Of a DNA stretch of 64,000 bases, positions 47,199-61,100 are shown one piece after another. A program made the position numbers and the translations under genes. The DNA is from Vicugna vicugna (Eukaryota), in assembly GCA_013265495.1 (NCBI GenBank), contig MU057711.1, forward strand, positions 1,922,001 through 1,986,000. The letters run 5' to 3'. A model generated the notes under the pieces. The model saw only the letters and a program-made list of their open reading frames with translations. It was not told the origin of the DNA and did not search any database. Within the stretch, counting starts at the first letter, position 1; every line of letters starts with the position of its first letter.

Positions 47199-48439
47199 CT
47201 GAAAGAGAGAAAAGAGACAGGCCTGTGAGTTTTGAAGCTGTGCAAACAGGTCATCGGAGAGGGCAGTGGGGCACAGGGCAAGGAGGAAGGATCATTTGTG
47301 GGGGTCCCCGTAACACCCACGACAAGGGGCAAAGGGGTGAAGCCGACAAAGAGGCCTCTGCTAGTTTCACAGAGTTGTAAAATAATCAGAATAAAACATA
47401 AATAGCAAACAAGTGTTGTATCGTATGGTTTCCCCATCCCTGTGCCCCAGGCAGACATCACAAATCAATCACAGCACTGCCTCAAACCAGACGCAGCATT
47501 GGAATCTCTCTCTACACAGTGCCACAGGCCATTACTACCTATAATCAGAGTATTCACTTGACATAAAGCCATCTGCCATTCACAGGAATAGAACGAAGAT
47601 TCAGACCTCTCCCTGATATCTCCAGACATCGTTCTCCTTGGACCACCACTGAGAATGTGAAGGCTTTCTTGATTATTCCAAGAAACAAGCAAGGTCATTC
47701 ATTCTCAGAGGTTGGCAAAGCATGGTGTGCTATTCTCTACACTGAGAACTGACCCACAGACAGACCTCAGGATACGTGGTCAGCAGTCCTGGGCCGGTGG
47801 CATCAGAAAGCAGCTCACCTCTCCACCCCACCCATAAGCCCACAGGACGAAGCTGGGAAAGGATGGGGTGTCCCCACCACCCCATGCAAGAGCAGGCTGG
47901 TGGAGGTTGAGGCCATGCATTAGGAGAACATGGGAGAAATTCTATACAGCATAATAAAGCTCTTTTCCTGGAATTAATCCCAGTCTGGGGCATGTAGTAA
48001 TATTAAAGCCAGGTTATGGACTTTGTAAAATGGAACTTTGTTTAAGCCAAAAATGTGCATACACAGTATTTTTCAGATTTAACAGGCTCTGAAGTTCTAC
48101 ACACATGCAGGCTGAAGCCAGCACGTACCACCCAGTTCTCTTTGCACTATAGCTGTCTCTACAAGGGCACACGCTGTGAGCCAGACCCTGTGCTGTGAGT
48201 GTGTCTAATCCTCGTCAACAGACTTTGAGAGGTGACGTGATGTGCCCGAGGTCCTACAGGTAGGAAGAGTCCACGCAGAGTTGGGGCTGAAACTTAGGAC
48301 TGTCCGTCTCAAAGACTGCTCCTGAAACTCCCGCTGACTGAGACACAGAAGATGCTCTCCAGAATCCCAACAGCTCAGGACCGGAAGGCAGCTACACAGC
48401 CTGCTGGGCAGCTGAGCAATGAGTGAAGCAAGCAGGCTG

Positions 48440-48610
48440 GCTTGTGGTCAGACACTGGGTTCAAATCCTGATTCTACCTCTAATTAGTTGTATGACCTTG
48501 AGCAAATTGTTCAACCTCTAGGCTTCAGTTTTCTCGTCTCAAAAACAGAGATTAAAAATGGTACCTAAGCCACAGGGCTATTGGAAAGATTCCACGGGAT
48601 GATGCCTGTC
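48440..48610 (-). mobile_element. MIR SINE
   Basis: ctgggttcaaatcctgattctacctctaattagttgtatgaccttgagcaaattgttcaacctct...tcagttttctc. Confidence 0.85.
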
Positions 48611-48769
48611 GTCTGCTCGGGTGGGTTTGGTGCCAGAGCTGGACCAGCTCTCGGAGTCAGCTATTCCTGGCCTTACCCCCCCCAATAGAGCCTCACAGGG
48701 CACATTTTCTTTTAACCCCCGGAAACAGCTCGCCCAAGAGGGCACATCCTGAGTGACATGGGCACACTG

Positions 48770-48912
48770 GCCGAGTGACATGGGCACAAATGCACTCACC
48801 CCACTAACATCCCATCCCCTGGCCCACGTTTTGTTTTCTGAAGGTATAACGACACCATCCTTCGTACATTCCTGATGAGGGAAAGTACTGCCCAGCCCCG
48901 CCGCCGCCATCA
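48770..48912 (+). repeat. About 143-bp local duplication, copy 1
   Basis: Aligns to 49713-49854 with 10 substitutions and one 1-nt indel counted by eye. Confidence 0.95.
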
Positions 48913-49712
48913 GTGAGCTCAGGCCGAGGAATGCTGACCAAGGGCTCTCTCTTCCCCAAGTTTGCATCCTGAGGGTAGAAACTCAGAATCAAGACAATGA
49001 AATGCAGAGCAGATCTGAGCTGGGACCGAAGCTACTTACAGCTGGGGGATCAAATATGCGTTCTGGCAAATATGAATCAAGACCTCGCATCGGACAAGGA
49101 GCATTTGTTAGCGACTTTCATTCCCACACCTGAAAATCAGTTTCCTTCACATTTCACCGTTTACTTACTTTAATATATAATTCAAATTGCTTCTATTAAG
49201 AGATTGCTGCCAATATGTAAGGTCATCATGCCGCCATTCCATAGGACACCTCCAACAGTGCCTGTGTGGGTCCCTGGACCTCATTAACCACAAGAACCAA
49301 GACATGAAGGCATGAGCCTAGCTCTCCCTTCATCCTCCACGTACTCCAGGTATGAGGCAAAGAGCCCCCACACTTGGGTTCACTCCACATTCTTTGGTTG
49401 GGAACTGTGACCTCCCAAGTTATTGAACTGGAGGATGTCCCCAAAATGCCAAATCCTTCCCTCCCTAAGATCTGGCTTCAGCCATCATGGGAAAGAGAAT
49501 GAGAAAACATTTGCTACTACTTTGGAGCTCTTGGGGGGATTCAAGGCTAGGTTCCCGGGGACGATAGGCCTGCAGAGTTGGGAAAAGGGAAGACGAGGTT
49601 GGCTGGCTGGGGAAGTTCAAAGCGGCAGACATCACTCCGGGCGACTGGCTGCATCACACACTGGCATCTCCGGGACCACATCCCTCACAGCCAGGAGCCC
49701 ATGGACCAGCCT

Positions 49713-49854
49713 GCCGAGTGACATGGGCATGAATGCACTACCCCACTAACATCCCATCCCCTGGCCCACATTTTGTTTTCTGAAAGTATAACTATACCAT
49801 CCTTTGTACATTCCTGATGAGGAAAAGTACTGCCCAGTCCCACCGCCGCCATCA
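49713..49854 (+). repeat. About 142-bp local duplication, copy 2
   Basis: Aligns to 48770-48912. Confidence 0.95.
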
Positions 49855-52800
49855 CGAGGCCCTGTGCTACCCGACCCTGCAAACGAGCGGAGGCTCTCCT
49901 CGCCTCCAGCCGGCCTCTTCTGTACAGTCTGGTCTCTTCCACAATAAGATGATGGCAGGGACAATGGGCACAGAGGAGGAAGGCCTCCCCTACAGCTGGA
50001 GCCAGGCACTTGCTGGGGGCAGCGGAGCCCACAGCGGCAGCGGCATTCTCTGGGGGCCCGAGGCATCCCTAAAGGGGAATTCTGCTACAGAGGCCCCATG
50101 AACACCAAGGAGTGAGCATCTCAGAGGCCAGAGTGGACAACACGCTAAGGGGCTGCCCAGTCAGCCAGGGGAGCTAGGTGCTTTCTAGAGACTTCCCCAG
50201 ACTCAACCTCCAACTTTTTAATTTATAAGGTACTTGGCATCGTGGAGGCCAAAACACACCCCTCCACCCTGCCGGGTCTCAAAGGGAACACAGGGACATC
50301 CACTCCTGTGAATGATGGGCATTTGTCAACACACGGTGTGTGCACCAGGCCAGTGTGTCCACAAAGGGAGACAGTATGGGGGCCAGTGTGTAAACACAGG
50401 GAGGGGGCACAGAGTGAGTGTGAACATCCAGGTGGGGGTGTGGCAGCAAGTGTATACACACGGAGAGGGGACATATGACAAAGTGTGTATGCAAGGAAAG
50501 GGGGCACGGGGCCTGCGTGCACATTGCAGAGTGTACAGAGTGTATTCACCATGGTTCCTGGGATGTGTTAAGAAAGATTCTGAGGCTTTCTCAGGGCTTC
50601 AGCCAGATCAAAACCCTGTGTTCTCTCTCTGCTCTGGGGCCACAAATTGTAGTTGGCTGATTGCCCCATGGGTGTATACACCTGTGAGCCCCACCAGACA
50701 CTGCCTCCCAACTCAGCAGCAGGCTCCTAAGTGACCACAACCCCCCAACCCTGGGAGAACCCATAACTTGCCTCCCTATGCACCAGGATGACTTCGCCAC
50801 CATCAACGAGATGCCAGTGAGACCCAAAGCCTGTGTGCTGGACCTGTGGATTGGGAACCCAGCAGCATGGAGCAGGTGGTGCTAGGTGGGCACCTGGATA
50901 AGTCACTTCTCCAGTGCCACTTGCTCTGGCCTGGGGAGGAGTACCCGCTCGCCAGGGCTCCTCATTACCTTGAAGATGCAGAGGAATGGAGCTGGGGAAG
51001 TGAACAGAAGTGGGGGTGGGGGCAGGGGCTGAGTGGAGGGGCTAGAAACAGGGCTCTGGAGCCCAACAGTTAGACCAGGGGCTCCACATGGTGCTGGTGA
51101 AAGTCAGGCAGGATCTGGGCTGGCAGCCAAGGTGCAGGTAAGAGGCAGGAGAGCTCAGGCACAGGTTCTAAGGCAGACAGTGTCAGGAGGTGAACGAGAG
51201 AGACGAACAGAGGCAGGCATCGAGGAGGCCCCCAGCGGGGCCCAGAAGGCCCCCTTTTTCCCCCAAATCCACACCAGGGCCAGCTGCTCAGCCTGGCTTC
51301 AAGCATCTGAGAAGGCCCTGCTCCCTGGATATAAATCCCTGGACATGTGTGCAAAGAGGCACTTTTCTGGGGAAAAGATCCATAGTTTTCATCAAAAAGA
51401 TCTAGAACAACCCCCCCCCAAAAAAAGTGTTTAAGAACCACTGAACTAATGGCTTTTATTTGGAAATTCTTCTCGGCTGGCCCCACCTCTGGCTGGTGTC
51501 CCCAAGGTCTTAGGGGACCTCTTTATGCTTTGCTGGTTTTGGTCCAGGGATCATCTCACCCTTAGGGAAGGGCTGGACCCACCCTGGCCTGACAGAGGCT
51601 CCCTAAAAGCAATCCTGCCCCAGCGGAGGTGGTGAGCCCAGCAAGGGGCACAAGGCTGCCTCTCCTCAGCTCATATTTGGGGAAACCCTCTCGCTCACAC
51701 CAGGCCAGGGCCTGGGGAAGTAAAGGACACTCTGACAGCCCAGATTCTCATTGTCAAACATGAGACGGAGCATCACTGCTCCTCACTTTGTCCTAAGCAA
51801 CTTCAAGGAACAAAAAGCATAAAGCAGAAAGGACTGTTGTGTATGGCTGTGCAGGTTGTGCACTGCACAAGGGGCCCAGCAGAGGTAGTGACAGAGGCTT
51901 GAAATTTAGCCCACAGCCTGTCCACCAAGCAGTGTGTCCTGGTTCAGGGCTATGAACACCCAGAGGAAGGGGTACCCATGTTTCTGCAAAAAGGCACACT
52001 CGGCCTTTTTTCTAGTTCACACAGATGGGCTGTCACGCATAGCTCATGACCATCTCTGGCATCAGGCTTCAGGGCAAAACGATCAGGGTCAGGGGCAAAC
52101 AAACCCAACCAGTGGGCGCACACTTTCCGGGCTCCTCTCTGGTAGGGATGGGGGGTGGGCAGTGGGTGGGGCTGGGGGAGTCATGGCACGGAAGAGTGCA
52201 GGTTCTCTGCAGCCAGAGCTAAAACTACCCGAGACCCCCAGTGCCAGCCCTCTCACACCAAGCTCAGACCCTCAGAGGAGGGGCACATCACAAACCCGTT
52301 TATTTAATGCCATGATTCCCCAGCCACTTGCTGAAAAGAGAAGAAACTAACACTTCAAACGGTGCAGGGAAGACACTTGCCCTCTTCCTCAGTGAGCGCC
52401 CGCCCTAAGTGAGGGTGTGAGAGGAGGGACGGGACTCTCCCATCAGTCTCCACCCACACCCCCGCCACGTGAGCACCTCACCACCAGGAGGATGGGTCGA
52501 GGATTTAAAGAAGTCTATTTTTGGACAACATGGCTCCTAACCAGAAGACTTCCGCCACCAGATCTAGTGTTTTTCAAAAACACACACAAAAATGTGATAT
52601 GTTTCAACATGGGAGGAAAACCTGTTGTGTAGACTCACCAAGGGCTAGTGAGTGGGTCTCCAAGTCAGCAGCTTCGTAACATATTGTTATAGCGGTTTGG
52701 CAATATTTGACTTTCCCCTAAAATGCCTAACTTAGAAACAGCACCCTCGAAAAGATGCAACATTACTGAAAACTTTTCATAAACCGTTCCCCTGGCCTAT

Positions 52801-53074
52801 CTTGGGCAGAGAGATCGGAAGCCTTGATCTTGCTCAGCCACTGTCTTCCTTTTCTCTCCTTGCATTGCTTGTCTATACAACAGGGAGCATGGGAGGCCTC
52901 CAGGAATAGTCCAAGAACTCCAGACGGGAAGTTGGTCCATCCTTACTGGGAAAGTGCCTCTTCCGGAAGTCATCCACAGAACTCATCCAGCAGGACAGAT
53001 GAGCTGGATGAGGGTATCTGTAGAGAAGCTATAAATGGAAGGGTTCAGGAAGTGGGCCCTGGAACAGGGCTCTC

Positions 53075-53270
53075 AGGACCATCCCCAGCTCTGCCGCTTA
53101 TGGGCCATCAGATCTGGGGCCAGATGCTTGACCCACTCTGACCTTCAGTCTCCTCCTCTGTAAAAAGAGGATAACGTTCATACCCACCTCCCAGGAGTGT
53201 CAGAAGGACTAAATGAGGTGGTATTCCTGAAGTACACAGCACAAGGTAAAATACACGGTTAATATTAGCA
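53075..53270 (-). mobile_element. MIR SINE
   Basis: cccagctctgccgctt...ctctgaccttcagtctcctcctctgtaaaaagaggataa...ctaaatgagg. Confidence 0.75.
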
Positions 53271-54629
53271 TTTACGGGGATAATTCAAGCTGCCCTTTCT
53301 TCCCCCAGGCTCACTACCCAGGTTTCACTCAGCTTGTACAGATGGGAGGGCTCAGAGAGATCAAGTTTCCCGCTGAGATTCGCCCCACCCCACCTGGAGG
53401 AAAGGCTCTGGATCTTTTGGCCCCACAGCCCTCTAGTTCCCGCCACGGTACAGGGAAGGCGTCCCTAAATGTGGGACCATCTGGAGTTCACAGCCAAGGG
53501 GCTCCACTTCTGTGCCATCTCATGTCCCTCCCCCTTTCCAATCCTCCCATCAGCACCCCACACACCCCAAAGGAGAAGAACTGGGAGGTAACTGCAGAAG
53601 GAACAGAGGCTACAATCCTAGCAGAATCTCTGTTTTGGGCAACCTTGCAGAAATTTGCTTCCTTTCCTCCACTCTTCTCTAATTGAAAAAAGAAAGAAAG
53701 AAAATGATGATATGATGGTGATAATGTGAAAAATAGGGTAATCAAGGTCGAAACACTTCAAGTTTTCTTTAAGTACTAGGAAAAAATTTTTTTTCACTAG
53801 ACCAAGGATAGAATACAAAGCTGCATGCCTGCCCCAGCTCCCCTATCCTGCATCCACTGTGGACACTGCTAATCCATCAGCGCACTCTTCTTACTGGGCA
53901 CAGATGCAGCTCCAAAAGCTCAACAAAGTGGGTTAAAATCTATTGGCCTTCTCTTGTCCTAGTCTATAGCTTCCCTTCCCTTCAAACACATCTGTACGGC
54001 AAACGCATACCACACACATTCACACACACACACACCCTCCTCTTACCCTACACTTAGAGGCGTGTCCAGCTGGAGCAGAACTGGGTCAGAGCCAGGACTC
54101 TCCCCCAGGAAAGCAACCGTCACAGAGTCCCAGTGGCACCAGGCACCATGCCAAGCATCCCACCTCCTGGCTCCCACTTCACCTTCCTGGCCCCCACCTT
54201 AGGGAGTCCTCAAAATCCCCACTTATCTGATGATGCAGTGGAGCCTGGGGAGCCCGAGCATTTGTCCAGAAGCCAGCCCATGGGCTCACAAGGCCAGAGC
54301 AAATGTTCCCAAGTGTATCTTTAGCTCAAAGCCGGGAATGCGGGGCATCAGAGGGCGGGCGCTTGGAGGTGTTTCCTCAGCTGCTGCCTGAAGTCAAGCC
54401 CTTATTAACCCATTTCACAGAAAGGGAAAGAAAGTCCCAGAGAAGAGAAATAGCTCACTGTGGGGGAAGAGATGGGGGCTAACAAGGTAACAAAATCCCA
54501 GAACTCAAGTACCCCAGCTCCCAGGTCCTGGACAACGTTCCCTACCATGTGGCTCTTCTTTGAAAAAGCAGCTATGTGCCCTCATCAGATGGTAAGTTCT
54601 GTGATGAGCACTTTTTACACTTGCCCAAA

Positions 54630-54786
54630 GCAGTGCTTCTCTGAATGCAGCCCCAGACCTGCAACAGCAACATTACCTGGAAGCTTGCTAGAAATGCAGA
54701 ATCCCCGGGGGTGGGGGTCCGGCAATCTGTGTTTTCACAAGCCTTCCAGGTGATTCTGATGCATGTTAGAGCTTGAGAACCACTGG
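54630..54786. mobile_element. MER5A hAT-Charlie element
   Basis: cagtgcttctc...cattacctggaagcttgctagaaatgcagaatc...aatctgtgttttcacaagccttccaggtgattctgatgc...ttgagaaccactg, with terminal inverted repeats cagtgcttctc / gagaaccactg. Confidence 0.88.
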
Positions 54787-55619
54787 CCTCCACAATCTTA
54801 TGAGATTAGGACATTTGTTAACCCCATTTTACAGCTGAGGCAACTAACACTAAGCAATTTGCCAAAGGCCGAGGCGTGAGGATGGGGTGGAACCAGAGAT
54901 GGGATTCTTCACCTCTCTGTTTTACTTCTGCAAGCAAAAGCTCTAGTTCAGACTGAGTGGGGTCAGCCAACAGAAGAGTAGACTCTGATTCTCTCTCTCC
55001 CTGCAGTGATTCAGATCAACAGCAGATTCCGTGAGTCCCTCTCTGTGACAACTCCCAGGGAACCTAAGCAGAGAATTCATCTTCTGGAGTCTCCCCACAA
55101 GCACACTGGTCCTTGGGGAGACAAAGAAAACCATGGGAGACGGAGACGTGCGGGTAAACGTGGCAGAGGAGATCCAGGGAGGAAAAGGGCTCCGGTTTAT
55201 CGTGTTCACCACTTTCTATAGTGTAAACACTCTCACCGCAGCCAATTTCAAGCTACCAAACAGGACGCTGCTGGACGTGGAGCTGTGAAAGATGTGCACA
55301 GTCAGCACAGCACCGGATAAAGGAGCGGTGCCACCGAGGGGCGGGGAGGGACACTCAGCCGGGGTGCGGGTGGGGGCTGCCGCCAGCCCCGGAAGCCACA
55401 AGGAGCCCACACCCCACCGCACCGGCCCAGCTCTCCCACCCACCCACTGGCCCTGCTCAGGCTCTGCCCGCATGTCCCTGAACTCGCTCAGAGCTGCCCT
55501 TCTCTTATTGTTTCCTAGATTAAGTATCTTTTTTCTTCTTATAAAAGTTTCTGACCTAAATAATCCACGCACAATGTAGATAACTAGGAAATACATGCGA
55601 GTTAAAATGGGGAAAATAA

Positions 55620-56040
55620 AAGCACAACTTTCTCTGTATAAAAACATTTTACAACTTTATAGAAAGTTGAAACAATACATACAACTGAACAACACAACCA
55701 GTTCTGGACCCTGCTTTTCTAACTCAGCAATAAACAATGAACATCTCACATCAAAGACACAGATCGACACCAATGTTATTAATGGTGGCCTGGGTCCCGG
55801 GAGTCACAGGAAGCTCCAGGACTAATTTAACCAACGCCCTGTTGCTGGACACCTAGGCTACTGCTGGTCGTTTTCACTGTAAGAGAAGTCACGTTGCAAA
55901 ACTCACCCGCAGACATCAAACATGGTCACAAGCTTGCTTGTTCAATGAGTTTTCTTAGAATTAGTTCCCTAAAGCAGGATTGCTAGGAAGAAGAGTTTGC
56001 CAATTTTCAGGCTTTTGAGATATATTGCCAACGTATATTT
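55620..56040 (-). mobile_element. Old L1 (L1ME-like) fragment
   Basis: taatttaaccaacgccctgttgctggacacctaggc...ttagttccctaaagcaggattgctagg...ttttgagatatattgccaa. Confidence 0.6.
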
Positions 56041-56678
56041 GGCCTTTTCCTCTTTAAATAAACACTGAGTCCCTCAGGTGATCTAGAACTCTGAGCTAGG
56101 TACCGTGAGAACGATGAGAAAAGGGACTTGGACTTTGACCTCCAACCATTACAGTGTGAATTCCATGGTGACAAATGTTACCACTGTCCTGCCCCTCAGG
56201 GGCTGCACATAACAGAAGCTAAGTGAATGAATGAATGAATGAATGAGTGAATGAGTGAACTGCAGTATGATGGAGGATGCTAAATGAATCCTAATCTCAG
56301 AGTGAGATAGAAACAAGTGGAAACAATAAAGACCCAGAGTGTAGACATGAAAGAGGAGGTGGGAGTTAGGGAAGGTCAAAGGCAGGCCCCTGAACAGCAG
56401 GGCGCACCCCCTACCCACAGCCCACAGCCCACAGCCCAGAGCTTGGACGTGGAACCTTTCTGCCCAGCCATGGCCCCAGAGAAGTTCTGGGGTAGGGAGG
56501 GGGCAGGTGGCAAACTCAGAGGCCCAGAGCTAGGATGAGTTTCTACTTCAGCTCTAGATAAAATTCTGATTTCCTTTTACACTAACATGCAAATCTTATT
56601 TTAGAAAGACTGATATTCATGGACAAAAATCTTTAAAGTTCGTGGGTCTCTTTTTTTAATGTAAATAAAACGTTTCCT

Positions 56679-57300
56679 ATCCCACTCATGGGCATATATC
56701 TGGAAAAGACAAACATTCTAATTTGAAAAGATACATGCACCCCAAAGTTCACAGCAGCACTATTCACAATAGCCAACACCTGAAAGCAACCTAAATGTCC
56801 ATCAACAGATGACTGGATAAAGAAGATGTGGTACATATATACAGTGGAATACTACTCAGCTATAAAAAAGAATGAAATCATGCCATTTACAGCAACATGG
56901 ATAGACCTAGAGATTATCATACTAAGTCAAGTAAGTCAGACAGAGAAAGACAAATATCAATATGATATCACATCTATGTGGAATCTAAAAAATAGTACAA
57001 ATGAACTTATTTACAAAACAGACTCACAGACATAGAAAACAAATTTATGGTCACTAAAGGGGAAGGGACTGGGTGGGATAAATTGGGAGTATGGGATTAA
57101 CAGATAAAATAAACAACAGATTTACTGTATGGCACAAGGAACTATAATCAATATCTTATAATAACCTAAAATGGAAAAGAACCAAAGAAAAGAATATGTA
57201 TATATATACACACACATATGTAAGTATAACCAAATCACTTTGCTGTACACTTGAAACTAACACAATATTGTAAATCAACTATACTTCAATAAAAAATAAA
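56679..57300 (+). mobile_element. 5'-truncated L1 (ORF2 end and 3' UTR)
   Basis: atcccactcatgggcatatatc...ttcacagcagcactattcacaatagcc...WYIYTVEYYSAIKKNEIMPF...caactatacttcaataaaaaataaa; imperfect TSD aaataaa(ac)gtttcct at 56663-56678 and 57294-57307. Confidence 0.95.
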
Positions 57301-57629
57301 GTTTCCTGCTCAAAGATGAAGTTCAGGAAAATCAAATCAAACTGCATTTGCCTAAGCAAGGAAATACAAACTCGGGGGAATCTGAGGCAGCCCTACCAGG
57401 CCCCACCCAGCCCAACTTTGGATTCTGCCTGTGGACCCAGGGCTTCACGCTTCTTGCCCAAGCTTCCAGGGTCAGCCTGACCACTGGCTGCAGAGCCACC
57501 CTTCTTCCTGGGTCAGAAACACTGCCCAGAGCTCAGGCTCACCTCCTCCGAGACTCTCTCCCTGACCACCCTGGCCTTGGACTTCAGTCGGCCTCATCTG
57601 TAGCAGTGTGTGGCCAAAGCAAGATGCCT

Positions 57630-58145
57630 TAGGATTAAATCCCCATCTGCCATGGTTTGCTGTGTGACCTGAGCAAATGAAGTAACCTCTCTGTGCATAG
57701 AAATCCTGCAAGGTAGCTCTGAGGATAATATAAGAAGTTGTTTATAAAGGTATATAGTTCTGAGCCCAATACCCAGGTGCCTGACAAAGAAAACTTCTGA
57801 TCCTACAGCATAACGTGTTGCCCCCAACTGCACTCTAAGCCCTTTAGGGAGACCCCATTCGTCTCCTCTTTCTCCCACCCTCCAGTTCACTTGACACAAG
57901 ATGACACATATCAGTGACACTAGAAACAACAATCGCTTAATGTTCCTCACACAGGTTATCACGTTTATGTTTAATCCTCCCAATGGCCGGACAAAGGGAT
58001 TGGGTGATGGTGCCCATTTTACAGATGGGGAAACCAGGACCTAAATGAATTTTTTTAACTGAGCTAAATCATATAGGCAACGGGAGGTGGAGCTCAGATT
58101 GGCAGCCAGGTGTACGTGGCCCCAAAGCTCACACGCTACCACCAA
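57630..58145. mobile_element. Two MIR copies in opposite orientation (about 57630-57790 minus, 57940-58145 plus)
   Basis: gctgtgtgacctgagcaaatgaagtaacctctctgtgc and cccattttacagatggggaaacc. Confidence 0.7.
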
Positions 58146-61100
58146 CCCCACCTGCCTCTCTCAGCCTGTGCTGAACAAATAGTAATTGACAGGCTGAGCT
58201 TCCCAGGCCTTCTGTACCATCTCAGAAAAGCCACAGCTGATGGGGAAGGTTGGAGTGGAAATGACTCCTCCTTCTGGAACCCTCCAGAGACTAGTCTTCG
58301 AGGTCAGTGCTGGGCGTGCCAGCCCAGGTCCATCACACCCGCTCCCACATGTATAAAGTGGAGGTAATAATTTTCCCATTTGTTTTGAAGACAAGTGAAA
58401 CAACACACTTAAAGAGCTTAGCCCAGTGCCTGGCACATGGCGAGCAACACTAAAGAGGACTATTGTGCCTGCGCCCCCAGCAAATCCATTCAGGGTTGGG
58501 ATATTTGCTGAAAATTCCCTTCCTGGGGACCCGCCTGCCTGGGCCTTAACACGCAGAGGGCCCCAGGCCTCCCAGGCTGCCCTCATGTTTAATCCCATCT
58601 CTCCCTGAGGTTAATGTCCCTGTTCATATATATATTTCATTTCATATAGTCGCTCCTGCACAGTCTCGTTAACTAGAAACATGCAGCACATAAACGTGAA
58701 TTTACGATGGGGTCTGGCTCCCACATCCTGTTTCAGTGGCAACACTGGTTCTCACCCCAGCTGTCCAGCTCTAATGGGAGGTGACGAAGCCGGGTGCACA
58801 CACTGCTGTGCACAGAGGGACCACAGCAACGCCCCCCACAGAGGTGCATGGAAGCAGCCCACTGAGCACTAAGGACCCGAAGGTGGGCACCAGGGTCACG
58901 GGGGTCAAGGAACAACAGCCTGGGGTCCCCCCCCACTCAGGGGAGAAGAGGAACAGCACCTATTGAGATCTGTCTGCTCTTTGGGGTGGGAAGGAAAGAG
59001 AGTGAAACCAGAATCCCACTCTCTTGCCTCTTCTCCACTTTGGTTTGAAGAAAAGCACCATAATGTAGAAACTAATATTTTTTTATAACCCCTTAACAAC
59101 TTATCTTCTGTGCTAACATACTGTAAATAAATGTCAGTAGCTTGTTATACATGTGGTTTATCTTAGACACAAGCAAAGAGGAAACTGAGTCTCTTGTTGA
59201 TAACTGGTGTGCGTGTTTGCACGTGTATGTGTGTGTACGTTTGTCTAAGTGTTTTCATTTGGTTTTGGACACACAGACCAGCCTTTCATCTCTTGCTTCA
59301 AATCAAAAGCCCCAAGCCTTCCACAAGAATGAACTATAGTGACCATTTCCAAACATGTTGTAATTCCACATGGTTGTCCCGGGTAGAGGCAATCACAATA
59401 CTTCATAGTTTAAGGAGTCAATACTTTAAATAAGTCTGATTTGGGCCGGGGGGACATTTCATCAGCACAGACCTGCTCCCCCGCTTGGCTCCACTGCCCA
59501 CCCACCATGGTTAGAATGCACGTGGAAGCCTTCAGGGGGCCCTGAGCACCTCCATCTGGCAGCTGGTCCCCCTAAGGCAGGCCTTACATCACACAAACCT
59601 GCCCGAAGTTCCAAGATGAGGACCCTCAGTGGATAGAGCAGGAGTCCCCCTGGGCTCACCCTCCTGAGCCGTCGGGTTCCCGGGGCTGGCAGGAACCCCC
59701 CAGACCTCCCCCACGAGCTTGGCCAGGAGCTCACACCCCCTGCACTAACAGTTACAGATGCTTTTCTTCACATCAACTCCCTTCTTTTACTTAAGTACCT
59801 CTTTTCTAGCCTCCTTCTAAGCGGCACTGCTCATGAGATCACACATTTGGTGTGCTAATAACAAATTTAATAGCTATGGGGATAAACATACAAAGTAACA
59901 TCTTCCTAATAGTAGAATAAACATGTAAGTATGGAGGGAAAAAACTCACTCACCTGTCAACCACCTGTATCACCACAGGACCCACGAATGTCAGTCTGGG
60001 GAACACAGGCCTGAGCAGTGCTGGGCAACCTCTGACAAATGAATGAATTGGGGAGGTGCCACACCTCTTCACTTCCTTCCACCAAAAAGAAGTGCATCCC
60101 AGTTGTCCTACATGGAACTCCAGAAATTCACCCAGCCCATTTAAGTTCATTTAAGGCTAGTGCTGAGCAGAGGATGGCAGGGAACATGCCAGCTACAAAC
60201 TCACCTCGAGCGTGTAGCTCACGGGCCCACCACGGCCTTGAGTGGAGGACGGAAAATCCAGACAAGTAAGCTGCTTCCCAGTGCACCCGGCCACCTCCCG
60301 GCACCAGGCAGGGCCGGAGCACGTGGGCCACACCAGCCTGGGCCCATTTCACAGGCTGCAATCCCAGTGCAAGCCCCCGGCGGGACCAAGGAGAACAAGC
60401 CTCAGGAAGACTGAGGGGGAGCCCCATCAAAGGCAAGGCCAGGCAGGGCCCCGGCAGACGGCAAGGGACACAGCTGAAGGCAGACCGCCTGCAGCCTCCA
60501 GGCCCCACGGCTGGCACGGAGCCCTGGGAGGAGGTGCGTTGCTGGGTAGGGGGTAGACTGAGCCCTTCCTACCCTCTATCGCATCTGTCTCATCCCACAG
60601 TCCTGAGAGGCCCAATGCTTGCCAGATGTGGGCCGCCTGTGGGGACCAAGTTCATTTTCCTCGCGTCCTGTGGTAATACTTGGCTGTGTTTATTTAACTT
60701 TCTGCTTTGGATAGAGAAGAGATGGGCCAGGAAAATCAGTTTGGCTCCCTTCGATCAAAACATAGCAGCCCACACATCATGCAAGGACACCCACACTGAG
60801 AAGCTCCCCCCACCCCACCTCACCATCCGATAAAACACATTTGGCCCACTGCTGGTGCAAAGCAGGGTAGACTGTGCTGTTGCAAATGCCCCACGTGCCC
60901 TGCCCAAGGCCTGGCTCCTCACGGGCAGCATCCCGTGCCATCCTCTCCAGCAGGCCGAGAGGCCTCGGCAAGCTTCCTGGTGACACAGGATGCAGCTCCT
61001 GGGTAGTGGAACCAAAATTCACAGCCAGGTCTCCCTGCCCTGAGAACCCAAGGGAGATGACAGAGGGACAGAGAGCAAGGAAATAGTCCACAGGAAAGGC

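Noticed and set aside
52145..52178. G-quadruplex-capable G-run cluster (others near 20810, 32135, 46860)
   Set aside because: Common in GC-rich introns with nothing linking them to function here.
27730..57300. Antisense bias of the larger L1 copies relative to ZNF423
   Set aside because: Visible, but a well-known general property of intronic L1s and the sample is small.
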